Below are positions 33,206 to 50,810 of a stretch of 64,000 nucleotides of DNA, one piece after another. The stretch is from an uncultured Planctomycetota bacterium. Lineage in GTDB: Bacteria; Planctomycetota; Planctomycetia; Isosphaerales; Isosphaeraceae. The notes beneath the pieces were generated by a model, which was not told where the DNA came from, did no database searches, and worked only from the letters and a program-made list of their open reading frames with translations. Where the stretch lies: assembly GCA_963737655.1 (NCBI GenBank), contig CAVTTN010000002.1:6592001-6656000 (forward strand), written 5' to 3'. Both the position numbers and the translations under genes were made by a program. Each line of letters begins with the position of its first letter. Position 1 is the first letter of the stretch.

Positions 33206-33760
33206 ATGAGCAAATACGTCAAAGAATTGATGATGGATCAGTTCAAGGCCGAGCTCAACGGCTCGCGGTCGGTGCTGATCCTGGATTTCAAGGGGCTGGA
33301 CGCGGTCTCGGAGAATAAGCTCCGCCTGGACCTGCGCAAGAAGAAGATCCACATGAGGGCGGTGAAGAACACGTTGGCCCGGCGGGTCTTCGCCGACGCG
33401 GGCATCCACGGCCTGGACGCGGTCCTCAGCGGCCCGAGCGTGGCCGTCTGGGGCGGAGACGGCGTGGCCGAGCTGGCCAAGGAGCTGTTCGACCAGGTCA
33501 AGAAGCTGAAGAAGCCGGCGATCAAGGGCGGCGCGGTCGATGGCGTGGTGATCGGCCCGGCCCAGGTCGAGGACATCACCAAGCTGCCGAGCCGCGAGGC
33601 CCTGATCGGCCGGGTGGTCAGCCTGGCCCTGGCGCCGGCGGCCCGCGTGGTGTCCCTGGCCAACGCCCCGGCCTCCGGCCTGCTGGGCCAGTTGAAAACG
33701 CTGGCCGAGCCGAAGGACGGCGAAGGCGGCGAGGCGGCCCCGGCCGCCGAAGGCGCCTGA
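33206..33760 (+). CDS. rplJ: 50S ribosomal protein L10
   Basis: VKNTLARR, LSGPS, KLPSREAL. Confidence 0.96.
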   Translation: MSKYVKELMMDQFKAELNGSRSVLILDFKGLDAVSENKLRLDLRKKKIHMRAVKNTLARRVFADAGIHGLDAVLSGPSVAVWGGDGVAELAKELFDQVKKLKKPAIKGGAVDGVVIGPAQVEDITKLPSREALIGRVVSLALAPAARVVSLANAPASGLLGQLKTLAEPKDGEGGEAAPAAEGA

Positions 33761-33890
33761 TCGGCCGACCGGCCTCCCTCTCCTCTTCCCTCGACATTCC
33801 CAGGGCCCGACGAATCGGGCCCGGTGAGTATTCTCGAACGACCGTGCGAACCCCGCACCCCTCCCGCACGAAGAAAGGATCGCAGACGCG

Positions 33891-34298
33891 ATGGCCACCG
33901 CCGAGATGACCAGCTTCGCCGACAACATCAAGACCCTGGGCGACTCGATCGTCAAGCTGACGGTCCTGGAGGCCAAGAGCCTCGGGGATTACCTGGAGAC
34001 GGTCCACGGGATCAAGGCCGCCGCCGTCGCGGCCGGCCCGGCCGTGGCCGCCCCGGTCGCCGTCGCCGCCGAGCCGGTGGCCGAGAAGACCGAGTTCGAC
34101 GTCCACCTCGAGAACTTCGGGGCCCAGAAGATCAACGTGATCAAGGTCGTCCGCGCCGCCACCGGCCTGGGCCTGAAGGAGGCCAAGGACCTGGTCGAGT
34201 CCGCCCCCAAGGCGATCAAGACCGGGATCTCCAAGGCCGACGCCGAGAAGCTCGTCAAGGAGCTCCAGGAGTCCGGGGCCACGGCCTCGGTCAAGTAA
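33891..34298 (+). CDS. rplL: 50S ribosomal protein L7/L12
   Basis: [26 protein letters not shown]. Confidence 0.98.
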   Translation: MATAEMTSFADNIKTLGDSIVKLTVLEAKSLGDYLETVHGIKAAAVAAGPAVAAPVAVAAEPVAEKTEFDVHLENFGAQKINVIKVVRAATGLGLKEAKDLVESAPKAIKTGISKADAEKLVKELQESGATASVK

Positions 34299-34613
34299 TC
34301 GAACCCCCCTCCGCCTCTCGATCCGGCCGACGGCCCGCCGCCCCCTCCTCGCGAGGGGCCCGGCGGGCAGGTCGGCGACACCCCCCGAATCCCTCGCCCC
34401 GGCGATGGGCCCTCCCCACTTGCGGGGCGGGTCGGCCCGCCGGGGTGCTCTGGCGCGCGGGGAATCCTTCGGGACGATCGTGGATCATGCCCCCTCTCCT
34501 CCCGGGCCGGGACCGACCGACCGACCGGATCGGATTTGACGTGACCTCCGCGACCGCCCTCGCCCCCGTCCGAACCGCCGAGCCGATCATCTCCCCTTGA
34601 GGAGCGCGACGAT

Positions 34614-38318
<3,705 letters not shown>

Positions 38319-38414
38319 GATCCGATTCCGACCCCCTCGGCCTCGACCCTCCCGCGAGGGTCGGGCCGGGGACGATTCGATGCCCGAAGGACCGTCCGGA
38401 TCGGAGGGTACCTC

Positions 38415-38771
38415 ATGAAGACGACGACCCTGACACGGCCCGAGCAGGAAGAGCTGGATCGGATCTATCGGGAGGGCGGTCTTCGGGTCATGGCTTCACC
38501 CCACGTCCACTACGACGATCCGATCTGTCCACATCCGGGGTGTGGGCACCGCATGGAGTGGATCGATTTCAAGCTCGAACTCCACGGCGATCCCGAGGAG
38601 GGCTATCGGCCCCTGGTCCGCTCCTGGTGGGAGGGGACGGGGTTCGCGGGGCGTTGCCCGTCCTGCTCGGGCTGGATTCGATTCACGACCCTCGGGATGA
38701 AGGCCGAACGCGAGGAGGGGGCCGCCCCCCGTCTCCCGGAGGGCTGGGCGACCATCGCCCAGTTCGCTTGA
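38415..38771 (+). CDS. Hypothetical putative Zn-binding protein
   Basis: GGAGG RBS; CPHPGC and CPSC; paralog at 52029-52393. Confidence 0.75.
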   Translation: MKTTTLTRPEQEELDRIYREGGLRVMASPHVHYDDPICPHPGCGHRMEWIDFKLELHGDPEEGYRPLVRSWWEGTGFAGRCPSCSGWIRFTTLGMKAEREEGAAPRLPEGWATIAQFA

Positions 38772-38795
38772 CGCCGACGGTCCTCGTGCGGGTTG

Positions 38796-38832
38796 AGCGC
38801 CGTAAGGTGGATGAAATCCACCTTACGGCGCT
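38796..38832. repeat. REP-like 17-bp perfect hairpin between convergent genes
   Basis: AGCGCCGTAAGGTGGAT-GAA-ATCCACCTTACGGCGCT. Confidence 0.7.
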
Positions 38833-38862
38833 GAACACATCCTGAGGTCCGTCGGGAGACGA

Positions 38863-39072
38863 TCAGTGGCCCGAGCCGGCTCCTCCGGCGGTGCCGGCTC
38901 CGCCAGCTCCCCCGGTCCCGGTGCCCCCTGCGCCGGCGCCGGCCCTTGTCCCGGTGGTGCCGGTCCCGTTCCCGGTGGTGCCGGTCCCGGCGTTGTCTCC
39001 GCAACCGGACCTCGGGGGCATCGCGAGGACGCTCAGGAGGAGCGCCGCCCGAAGCGTGAATTTCCTCGACAT
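38863..39072 (-). CDS. Small Gly/Thr/Ala-rich putative lipoprotein
   Basis: Signal-like N-terminus, SGC, then GTGTTG repeats. Confidence 0.55.
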   Translation of the reverse strand: MSRKFTLRAALLLSVLAMPPRSGCGDNAGTGTTGNGTGTTGTRAGAGAGGTGTGGAGGAGTAGGAGSGH

Positions 39073-39318
39073 GTTCGCGATCTCCGCTCGGTCCGATCTG
39101 CCCTCGCGGACGGACTGAGACCCACCCTGCGAGGAGCGGGCTGCCCCATCAGGCGATCCTTATGCCAGACCGGGGCCGGCGTGTGACCCGTTGCGGATCG
39201 CGGGCGGCCCCGTCAAACTCGGCCCAGAGCCTGCATCTCGCCGCGTCTAGCCATGCTGCGGCACGGGGATCGCACGGACCGTGCGGCCCGGACCCTTTTC
39301 CTGGCTCTCGGAGGATCG

Positions 39319-40026
39319 TTGACCGTGGCCGTGGACTACATGAGCTTGCTCCGGTTGCTCGATGGGATCAACTGGCTTTTCGACTTCCAGACCGGCGGCA
39401 AGAAGCGGCCGGTGTTCTTCGATGTCGAGACGACCCGCCCCGAGCTTCGCGGGCTCGATCGCGCGTTCCCCGAGATCCGCGAGGAAGTGCTCGCCCTGAT
39501 GCCCGACAAGGCGGCCATCCCCCGCTATCACGACCTCGACCGGATGCAGGACTACATCTCCGGCGCCGTCGATCCGGACAAGAGCTGGAAGGTCTTCTAC
39601 CTGTTCGCGATGGGCGAGAAGCCCGAGGCCAACCGCGCGAGATGCCCGAAGACGGCCGAGGCGCTGGACCACGTCCCCGGGCTGTTCCAGGCGTTCTTCT
39701 CGATCCTCGAAGGGGGCAAGTCGGTGCCGGCCCACTGCGGTCCGTATCGCGGTTATTTGCGATACCACCTCGGCCTGATCGTCCCCGAGGAGGCCCCGCC
39801 TTCCATCCGGATCAAGGACCAGCATTACACCTGGAAGGAAGGCGAGAGCATCCTGTTCGACGACAGTTGGAACCACGAGGTCTTCAACAAGTCGCCCGGG
39901 GATCGCGTGGTCCTGATCGTGGACATCCGCCGGCCGATGGCCGCGCCGTTCCACCTCCTCAACCGCACGGTCGAATCGGTGATGAGGGCCGTCTACGGCA
40001 AGCAGATCCTCAAGAAGCTGGCGTGA
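39319..40026 (+). CDS. Aspartyl/asparaginyl beta-hydroxylase family protein
   Basis: FFSIL, H.GPY.G.LRYHLGL, FDDSWNHEV, RVVLIVD. Confidence 0.88.
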   Translation: MTVAVDYMSLLRLLDGINWLFDFQTGGKKRPVFFDVETTRPELRGLDRAFPEIREEVLALMPDKAAIPRYHDLDRMQDYISGAVDPDKSWKVFYLFAMGEKPEANRARCPKTAEALDHVPGLFQAFFSILEGGKSVPAHCGPYRGYLRYHLGLIVPEEAPPSIRIKDQHYTWKEGESILFDDSWNHEVFNKSPGDRVVLIVDIRRPMAAPFHLLNRTVESVMRAVYGKQILKKLA

Positions 40027-40037
40027 GCGCGGTCCGG

Positions 40038-40610
40038 TCAGTCCAGGAGGATCACCCCTTTGGACTCGGCGTTGACCATCCGATGCATGACCTCCCCGGG
40101 GATGCCCTTGAGGGCGATCCGGGTCTCGTCGATCCAGGCCGGGTAGATGCCTCGGACCTTCAGGTAATAGATCACCAGCGAGGTAATCACCAGGACCGGG
40201 CAGGCGATCCCGAGCACGGGCGCCTCGTAGGCGATGGCGACGCCCAGGGCGACCAACCCGGTCAGGAAGATGGCCCAGTTGATCGCCAGCCACTGCATCC
40301 GCGACGACGACGCCTGAGGAGAGACGAAGAAGGTGACCCGACCCTTCTTGCGGACGATCATGTAAACGATCAATAAAATCAGAATATTAAGCAAGATAAG
40401 CAAGTAAATCCAGGATCTGGCCCAGACGAACGTCTTCTGGATGGGGATGTTGCCGCCTTCCTGCCCGGTGTAGACGCAGATGTCCGGGAGGGTCGAGCCG
40501 ATCGGGACGACCAGGCATCCGTCCTCGATGCGGAAGGGGGAGGTATCCCCGAGATTCAGGGCGAAGACGGGCTCCGCCGAGGGGGCGTCATACGGGTTGA
40601 AGTCTTTCAT
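40038..40610 (-). CDS. Hypothetical membrane protein
   Basis: NPYDAP N-terminal motif, LPDICV, TM helices. Confidence 0.7.
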   Translation of the reverse strand: MKDFNPYDAPSAEPVFALNLGDTSPFRIEDGCLVVPIGSTLPDICVYTGQEGGNIPIQKTFVWARSWIYLLILLNILILLIVYMIVRKKGRVTFFVSPQASSSRMQWLAINWAIFLTGLVALGVAIAYEAPVLGIACPVLVITSLVIYYLKVRGIYPAWIDETRIALKGIPGEVMHRMVNAESKGVILLD

Positions 40611-40807
40611 CGAGCCATTCCCTGGTGACGATCGACGGAGGCGGAGCGTCCCCCGCTCGCCGTCCTCAATTCGGAAGTCCCCAGGCTACCCGAGCCGTCC
40701 AGCCGGAGGAAGGCGCGACCCTCGGCCGGGCTTGACCGAGGCCGAATCCGGGTCGAAAATCGCTCCGGGCTTCGGCCCCGAAACCGACGGCCCCGAGGAG
40801 CCCTCTC

Positions 40808-41431
40808 ATGGCGACGGTCCACCCGCGAATCGGGCCGGCCGACCACGGCCGGAAGATGACCCTCGACGAGTTCGAGGAGGCCGACGAGGAACCCGGTCAC
40901 CGCTACGAACTGGCCCGGGGGAGGCTGGAAGTCTCGGATGTCGCCAACGATTCCCATGCGCAGATCATCCACAACGTTCATGAAGGCTTGAGCCTCCATC
41001 GACGGGACCATCCGGGCCGGATTCACCGCTTCGTTCAAGGGAGCGACGTCCAACTGATCATCCCCGACCTGGAATCGGAGCGCCATCCCGACCTCGGCGT
41101 GATCTTTCGAGGGACGCCCCCGAACGCCCGGGGCCGAGTCCTGCCGTCTCTGGTCGTCGAGGTCGTCTCGCCGGGTCGCGAGGCCCGCGACCGGGATTAT
41201 CGGGCGAAGCGGGAGGAATACCTCGTCTTCGGCATCCGGGGATACTGGATCGTTGATCCCGAAATGCGACGGATCACCCTCCTCGTTCGTCGAGAGGCCC
41301 CCGAGGGCGAGGGATGGGCCGAACGGGCCTTCCGGGACGGGGAGATCGTCGAGAGCCCCTTGCTGCCGGGCCTCGCCATGGCCGTCTCGTCGCTCCGGAT
41401 CGACGTCGATCCGGCCGGCGGGGCTTCGTGA
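40808..41431 (+). CDS. Uma2 family endonuclease
   Basis: IGPADHGRKM, YELARG, PDL, VEVVS, KREEY...YWIVD. Confidence 0.9.
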   Translation: MATVHPRIGPADHGRKMTLDEFEEADEEPGHRYELARGRLEVSDVANDSHAQIIHNVHEGLSLHRRDHPGRIHRFVQGSDVQLIIPDLESERHPDLGVIFRGTPPNARGRVLPSLVVEVVSPGREARDRDYRAKREEYLVFGIRGYWIVDPEMRRITLLVRREAPEGEGWAERAFRDGEIVESPLLPGLAMAVSSLRIDVDPAGGAS

Positions 41432-41565
41432 TGCCCGGAATCCCTCGGTCCTGGGAAGATAAGATTGGAGAAGGATGTCTCTGAGTGATATAACGCATCG
41501 GCGCGATGCGGCGTGGCCGGGTTGGCAGGGCCGGCCGGCGAGATCCAGGCTTCCGGGGGATTCCG

Positions 41566-43070
41566 ATGATCAGGGCATCCGGGTTCAGGGCGATGGTCGT
41601 TGTCCTCGCGGTCGCGGGCCTCGGCTCGTCGGCCCTCGCCCAGCAGAAGGCGAGCATCCACTACGGAGAGCTCCTGAAGAGGGTCCCCGACGGCGCCAAC
41701 GCCATGATGCTGGTGGACGTCGACGGCCTGCTCAACAGCAAGCTGGGCCTCCGGGAGCGATGGCGGGACGACTACCTGAAGGCCCAGTCCCGCGGGATGC
41801 TCTTCCCCGGCAACGTCTCGAAGATGCTCGTGACGAGCCAGTACGACCTCCGCGAATCGACCGAGACCTGGCAGATCACGCTGGCCCAGATGGCCCAGGG
41901 CGCCAGCCTCGGCGGGATCCAGAAGCGGGAGAACGGCTTCTCGGACCAGATCGGGGACGTCCCGGTCGTCTGGAGCCGAGGAATCTGTACTTCTTCAAGG
42001 CGAGCGACGAGATCCTCGGCGTGGCGGCCCCCGCCGATCGCCAGAGGATGGCCCGATGGCTCCGGGGCACCTTGCTGAAGCCCCGGGACGTCCCGCCCAG
42101 GTACGCCGACAGCGCCGTGTTCCTCGCCGATCGCGGCTCGCAGATCGTCCTGGCGATCGACCTGGCCGATGCCGTCTCGCCCGCCCTGGTCGAGCAGAGG
42201 CTCAAGGCCAGCGACATCCTCAAACGGGGCGTCTACGACCCCCAGATCGTCGCCCAGAGGCTCGTCAGCCTGAGGTCCGCCTACTTCGCGATCACCGTCG
42301 GCGAGACGATCGAGGGCAAGATCAAGCTGGATTTCGGGCTGCCGGCGGATTACCTCATCGCGATCGCCAAGGACATGCTCAAGTTGGCGCTGGATGACGC
42401 CGGCGCCACCCTGCCGGACCTGAACCGCTGGCGGACCTCGGGCAAGGACACCTCGATCATCCTGGAAGGCCCCCTGACCGAGGAATCGACCCGGCGCATC
42501 CTCAGCCTGGTCCAGCCGCCGATGATGTCGCACGATTCCTTCGGCGATCCGTCGCGGAACGCGCTGCCCGAAGCGGCGAAGGCCGCCCCGGCGCCGGCCC
42601 GGGAGCCGCTGTCCCACGTCGAGGCCCAGAAGCGCTACTTCCGGGCCGTGGTCGACCTCCTGGAGGGCCTCAGGAATCAGAGGGCCGAGACCGCCGCCTC
42701 GATGAGGCTGTGGTACGACCGCTACGCCAAGAGGATCGACGAGCTGCCGATCGTGGACGTCGATGCGGACCTCCTGGACTTCGGCGGCCTGGCGAGCAAG
42801 ACCCTCCGCGAGATGTCCCTGGGCATCAACTATGCGAGGAACGACCAGGTGTACCGGATCGCCGGGACGCCGAACGTCGGCGGGGTGGTGGTCGCCGGCT
42901 ACGGCTACTACGGGGGCGGAGGGACGGACAAGGCGTACGACGCCTCGGTCATCAAGAAGCAGTCCAACGCCGTGCTCAACACCCAGCTCGACGCCACCTG
43001 GAAGGGCATCGACCAGGCCGTGGCCGACATGAAGCGGAAGCTGGTCGAGCGGTACAAGGTGGAATTCTGA
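41566..43070 (+). CDS. Secreted hypothetical protein (frameshift at ~41976, probably a sequence error)
   Basis: Signal peptide in ORF 41506 frame; one extra C (AGCC->AGCCC) joins it to the 41475-43070 frame. Confidence 0.7.
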
Positions 43071-43129
43071 GCGGGCCCGGCCCCGCCCCGGGAAAGATCG
43101 GAAAATCCGCGAACGGGCCCGATTTTTCC

Positions 43130-43158
43130 TTGAGTTCGGCGCCGGGATCGCATAGGAT
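43130..43158 (+). promoter_or_regulatory. Sigma70-like promoter dedicated to rpoC
   Basis: TTGAGT-N17-TAGGAT about 400 nt before rpoC. Confidence 0.55.
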
Positions 43159-43558
43159 CGTCAGGAAGCGACACCATCGGCTGGTTGACCCGGGGCCGCT
43201 CGTGCCGAGATTCCGACCGACAGACCATCCCGGGGCCGCCCGCGGGCCCCGGCGTCCCGCGATTGTGTCCGGCCAGGAGGACGCCGGTGCTGACCCAGGG
43301 GTAAAGGACGACCTTGACGACCGCGTCGACCCCCTCATCCGGGGGGGACGGCCCGCGGTCGTGCTCGCGTTTCCGCGACCTGGGCCGGCCCGAGGCCCCC
43401 GGATCTAGACCCACCGAACCGAATCGAACTTGGGCGCGACCGATGGCCTCGGTGATGGAAGGCGCGGCCCTCTCCGGCCCGCGCCGCCCTCTCCAATCCA
43501 ATCACCCCGCGAAAACGGCACCCCCAGACCTCGTTGCAGAGGAGAGTGTCTCGTGAGC

Positions 43559-47840
<4,282 letters not shown>

Positions 47841-47855
47841 CCGCAGGATTCCATC

Positions 47856-47910
47856 CCTCGGGGGCACCCCGGCGACTCATCGCGCCGGGGATGCCCCCGA
47901 GGCGCTTTCT
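47856..47910 (+). terminator. Probable rpoC terminator hairpin
   Basis: CCTCGGGGGCA-CCCCGGCG...CGCCGGGG-A-TGCCCCCGAGG then TTTCT. Confidence 0.55.
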
Positions 47911-47928
47911 CACCAAAAGAGGGCGGCG

Positions 47929-48255
47929 ATGCCGTTGACCATCCGGCCCGAGATCGCTCCTCTGAGGATCGATGAGGACGGCGTGGTCCGGGTGGGCCCG
48001 ACCCGGGTCACGATCGATTCGATCGTCGGGGCTTACCACGAGGGCTTCTCGGCCGAGGAGATCGCCGAGCAGTACCCCGCCGTCGAGATCGGCGACGTCT
48101 CCTCCGCCCTCGCCTACTACCTCCGCCATCGGGCCGAGCTCGACGCCTATCTCGAAGGTCGAGGGCGCGACGCCCAGGCCGTCCGCCAAACCTACGAAGC
48201 CCGATTCCCGCCCGGTCCGGGCCTCCGCCAGAGGCTCCAGGCCCGCCGCGGGTAG
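47929..48255 (+). CDS. DUF433 family antitoxin
   Basis: [12 protein letters not shown]...[11 protein letters not shown]...ALAYY. Confidence 0.85.
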   Translation: MPLTIRPEIAPLRIDEDGVVRVGPTRVTIDSIVGAYHEGFSAEEIAEQYPAVEIGDVSSALAYYLRHRAELDAYLEGRGRDAQAVRQTYEARFPPGPGLRQRLQARRG

Positions 48256-48264
48256 GAGGGCCGC

Positions 48265-48615
48265 GTGCTCCGATTCCGGGCCGACGAGAACTTCAACAAC
48301 ATCATCGTCCGCGGCCTCCGTCGCCGTTCGCCCGCCATCGACGTCGCCCGCGTCCAGGACGTCGGTCTTGGAGGAGCGGACGACCCGACGATCCTCGAAT
48401 GGGCGACGACCGAAGATCGGATCGTCCTGACCCATGACGTCAACACGATGACGGCTTACGCGATCGACCGGATCGACCGGGGCTTGCCGACCTCGGGAGT
48501 CGTGCAGGTCTCCCGTCACCTTTCGCTGGCCTCGATCCTCGACGACCTGATCTTACTGGCCGAGTTGGGGACCCCGGGGGATTTCGAGGATCCCATCCGC
48601 TACTTGCCCCTTTGA
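48265..48615 (+). CDS. DUF5615 PIN-like toxin
   Basis: RFRADENF, DDPTILEWA, RIVLTHD; paired with DUF433. Confidence 0.85.
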   Translation: MLRFRADENFNNIIVRGLRRRSPAIDVARVQDVGLGGADDPTILEWATTEDRIVLTHDVNTMTAYAIDRIDRGLPTSGVVQVSRHLSLASILDDLILLAELGTPGDFEDPIRYLPL

Positions 48616-48616
48616 C

Positions 48617-48808
48617 TCAGCGTCCGTCCTGGCGCTGCCGGAGGCGGAGCGAGAGCTCCTCGTGGAAGAGTTGCTCCAGACCCTCCCTCCCTCCCCCGAC
48701 GAGCCGACCGACGAGCCATTCGAGGCCGAGCTGGATCGTCGGTTCGAGGAATTCGTCCGCGACCCGTCCTCCGCGATCCCCTGGTCCGAAATCCGCCGAC
48801 CGCGATAG
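48617..48808 (+). pseudogene. 5'-truncated addiction-module antitoxin (TIGR02574-like)
   Basis: Manual translation ..VLALPEAERELLVEELLQTL...AELDRRFEEF...AIPWSEIR* with no start codon. Confidence 0.65.
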
Positions 48809-48817
48809 GCTCCCGTC

Positions 48818-49063
48818 ATGGCCGCGATGGTCTCGTTTCATCGCCTGGCTCTGGAGGAATACCGCACCGCAGAGCGCTGGTACGCGAGGCGGAGCGGGGC
48901 CGCCCGCCGACGGTTCGAGGACGAGGTCGACAGGGCGGTCGGGCGAATTGCGGAATCGCCGGAACGATGGCCGGCGTTCGGTCGTCATCACCGCTGGGTG
49001 CGCGGCTTCCGGTTTCCCTCCATCGTCGAGTCGATGGAGCTTCCGGACCGACGACGGCCCTGA
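48818..49063 (+). pseudogene. ParE/RelE-family toxin, degenerate and 3'-truncated
   Basis: FHRLALEEY..AERWY...F..EVDRAV..IAESPERWP...RFP; ends early against SRPBCC gene. Confidence 0.65.
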
Positions 49064-49071
49064 CGACTTGC

Positions 49072-49896
49072 TCACTCGCTCGTGATCGTCTCCGCCGGCC
49101 TGGGGAAGCGTTCCTCGATCCACGCTTGCCACCGCGGTGACTCGCGGGCGACGGTCCCGGCCGCGTGGTCGCCGTAGAGGTAGAGGTTCAGCGCGACCAT
49201 GCTCTGGCCGCCGAAGTGGACGGCTCCCACGGCCGCGACGCCCGGCCCCGGCGTGTCGAGCCTCACCAGGGCGTCGTACGGACTCTCGCTGAGGTACTCC
49301 ACCTCGCCCCCGAGCGCCGGGACGCCCTCGGGCGTCGTCCAGCGCTGCCCGACGCTCGCGCCTTTCAGCCCCAGGGCCGAGGTCAGCGATTCCCAGGCCT
49401 CCGCCTCCGTACCCGGGGCGGAAGCCATCTTCTGCATGATCGCCGAGCGTTCGCCGCGGAAGTGCGTGAGATAGATCCTCAGGGTGCGCAGGAAGGCCGG
49501 CCACCCGGATTCGGTGCCTTCCAGCTGGTGGTCCCATTCGTCCGTGCTGGCGAAATGGCTATGGACGATGCGGACGATGCAGAGGCCCCCGCCGATCGCC
49601 TCGACGGTCCACTCGTTCGCGATGGGCGGCGAGCCGGGGACCCAGCACCCGGACAGCGTCGCCCACTTTCGCGGCGGTTCACAGGCCGTCACCGCGGAGC
49701 GGGACTCCATGCCCGGCCCGAAGCTCAACTTCACCGCGACGGGCTTGCCGTCGCTCTCCTCGATCTCGGCCGGGACGAACCAGGAGGAGATCCCCGGCCC
49801 GGTGGCGATCGCCTGCCAGACTTCCTCCGGAGTGCCGGGGACCTCGACCTCGACCTGGACGGAACGGCGTCCGGAAGCTTCTTTCTTCACGCTCAT
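49072..49896 (-). CDS. SRPBCC (AHSA1-like) domain protein
   Basis: VPGTPEEVWQAIATGPGISSWF; GWPAFL. Confidence 0.85.
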   Translation of the reverse strand: MSVKKEASGRRSVQVEVEVPGTPEEVWQAIATGPGISSWFVPAEIEESDGKPVAVKLSFGPGMESRSAVTACEPPRKWATLSGCWVPGSPPIANEWTVEAIGGGLCIVRIVHSHFASTDEWDHQLEGTESGWPAFLRTLRIYLTHFRGERSAIMQKMASAPGTEAEAWESLTSALGLKGASVGQRWTTPEGVPALGGEVEYLSESPYDALVRLDTPGPGVAAVGAVHFGGQSMVALNLYLYGDHAAGTVARESPRWQAWIEERFPRPAETITSE

Positions 49897-50495
49897 GACG
49901 GCTCCTTGGGATCGGATTTCTGCGGTAAAGGGTGCGCCACGATCACCAGGCGATGCACGCGGCCACCGGGGGCAGATTCGTCGTGATATTTCGAAACGAG
50001 CTTCGCGATGGCCTCGGTCAGTTCCTGGCTGAACGCGGCCCGGTCCTCCGCCGACCGGAAGCGGACCTCCGCATCCACCGAGAGGGTCGCCAGGCCCTTG
50101 CCCGCCTCCTTCGCCCGACGAATGAGGTCGCCCACCTCGCGGACGACCCGCGCGCCCAGGGCGATCAGATAGCTCGCGGAGAGCCGGTCGGCTTCCCGCT
50201 TCGGATCGACGGCGACCGGGCCCAGGGCGCCCGGCGAGACGACGTAGGAGGCCGCCGTCGCCACGAGCAGGCGTTCCGTCAGCCCGCCCCACGGACGCTC
50301 CTCGGCCAGCCGCACCAACCCATGAGCCTCCAGAGCATGCAGATGATAGTTGACCTTCTGCCGGGCCAGGCCGACCCTCTTGGCCAACGTCGCGGCCGAA
50401 GCAGGAACGGCCAGCTCGGAGAGCAAACGGCTCCGGATCGGCTCCAGGGCCACCGTCGCCACCGCCGGATCCTCGATGACCTGGATGTCGAGCAT
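49893..50495 (-). CDS. ArsR-like HTH transcriptional regulator
   Basis: LEPIRSRLL...SAATLA...RQKVNYHLHALEAHGLV. Confidence 0.88.
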   Translation of the reverse strand: MLDIQVIEDPAVATVALEPIRSRLLSELAVPASAATLAKRVGLARQKVNYHLHALEAHGLVRLAEERPWGGLTERLLVATAASYVVSPGALGPVAVDPKREADRLSASYLIALGARVVREVGDLIRRAKEAGKGLATLSVDAEVRFRSAEDRAAFSQELTEAIAKLVSKYHDESAPGGRVHRLVIVAHPLPQKSDPKEPS

Positions 50496-50501
50496 GAGCC
50501 A

Positions 50502-50531
50502 AGGGTAGCCTTGACAATAAATGTTGTCAAG
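50502..50531 (-). promoter_or_regulatory. Leaderless promoter with palindromic operator
   Basis: Minus strand TTGACA-N17-TACCCT-N6-ATG; IR CTTGACAA-N6-TTGTCAAG (50510-50531). Confidence 0.7.
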
Positions 50532-50810
50532 CTAGAATCGAGGCATTTTTCGCCGAAATCGCGGGACGATGGCGTGCGGCGGGGTCGTGAAGCTCGCGCG
50601 AGTCCTCCGCCTCCGGCCGCCGGTCGGACCGTCGCGTGCAACGGCCCGGCGTGCTTCGGTATGATCGACGGTGAAGCGGGCTCCCGGCCACCGTCCGACC
50701 GACCGACCGGCGTCCCGGTCGGCGGGACGCCGCTCCCATCCGGGCGGAAGCGGGAGTCGTCGAGGATTTCGAGGGCAGCTCCGCGATCTACCCCTGGGAG
50801 GAGGTCGAAG

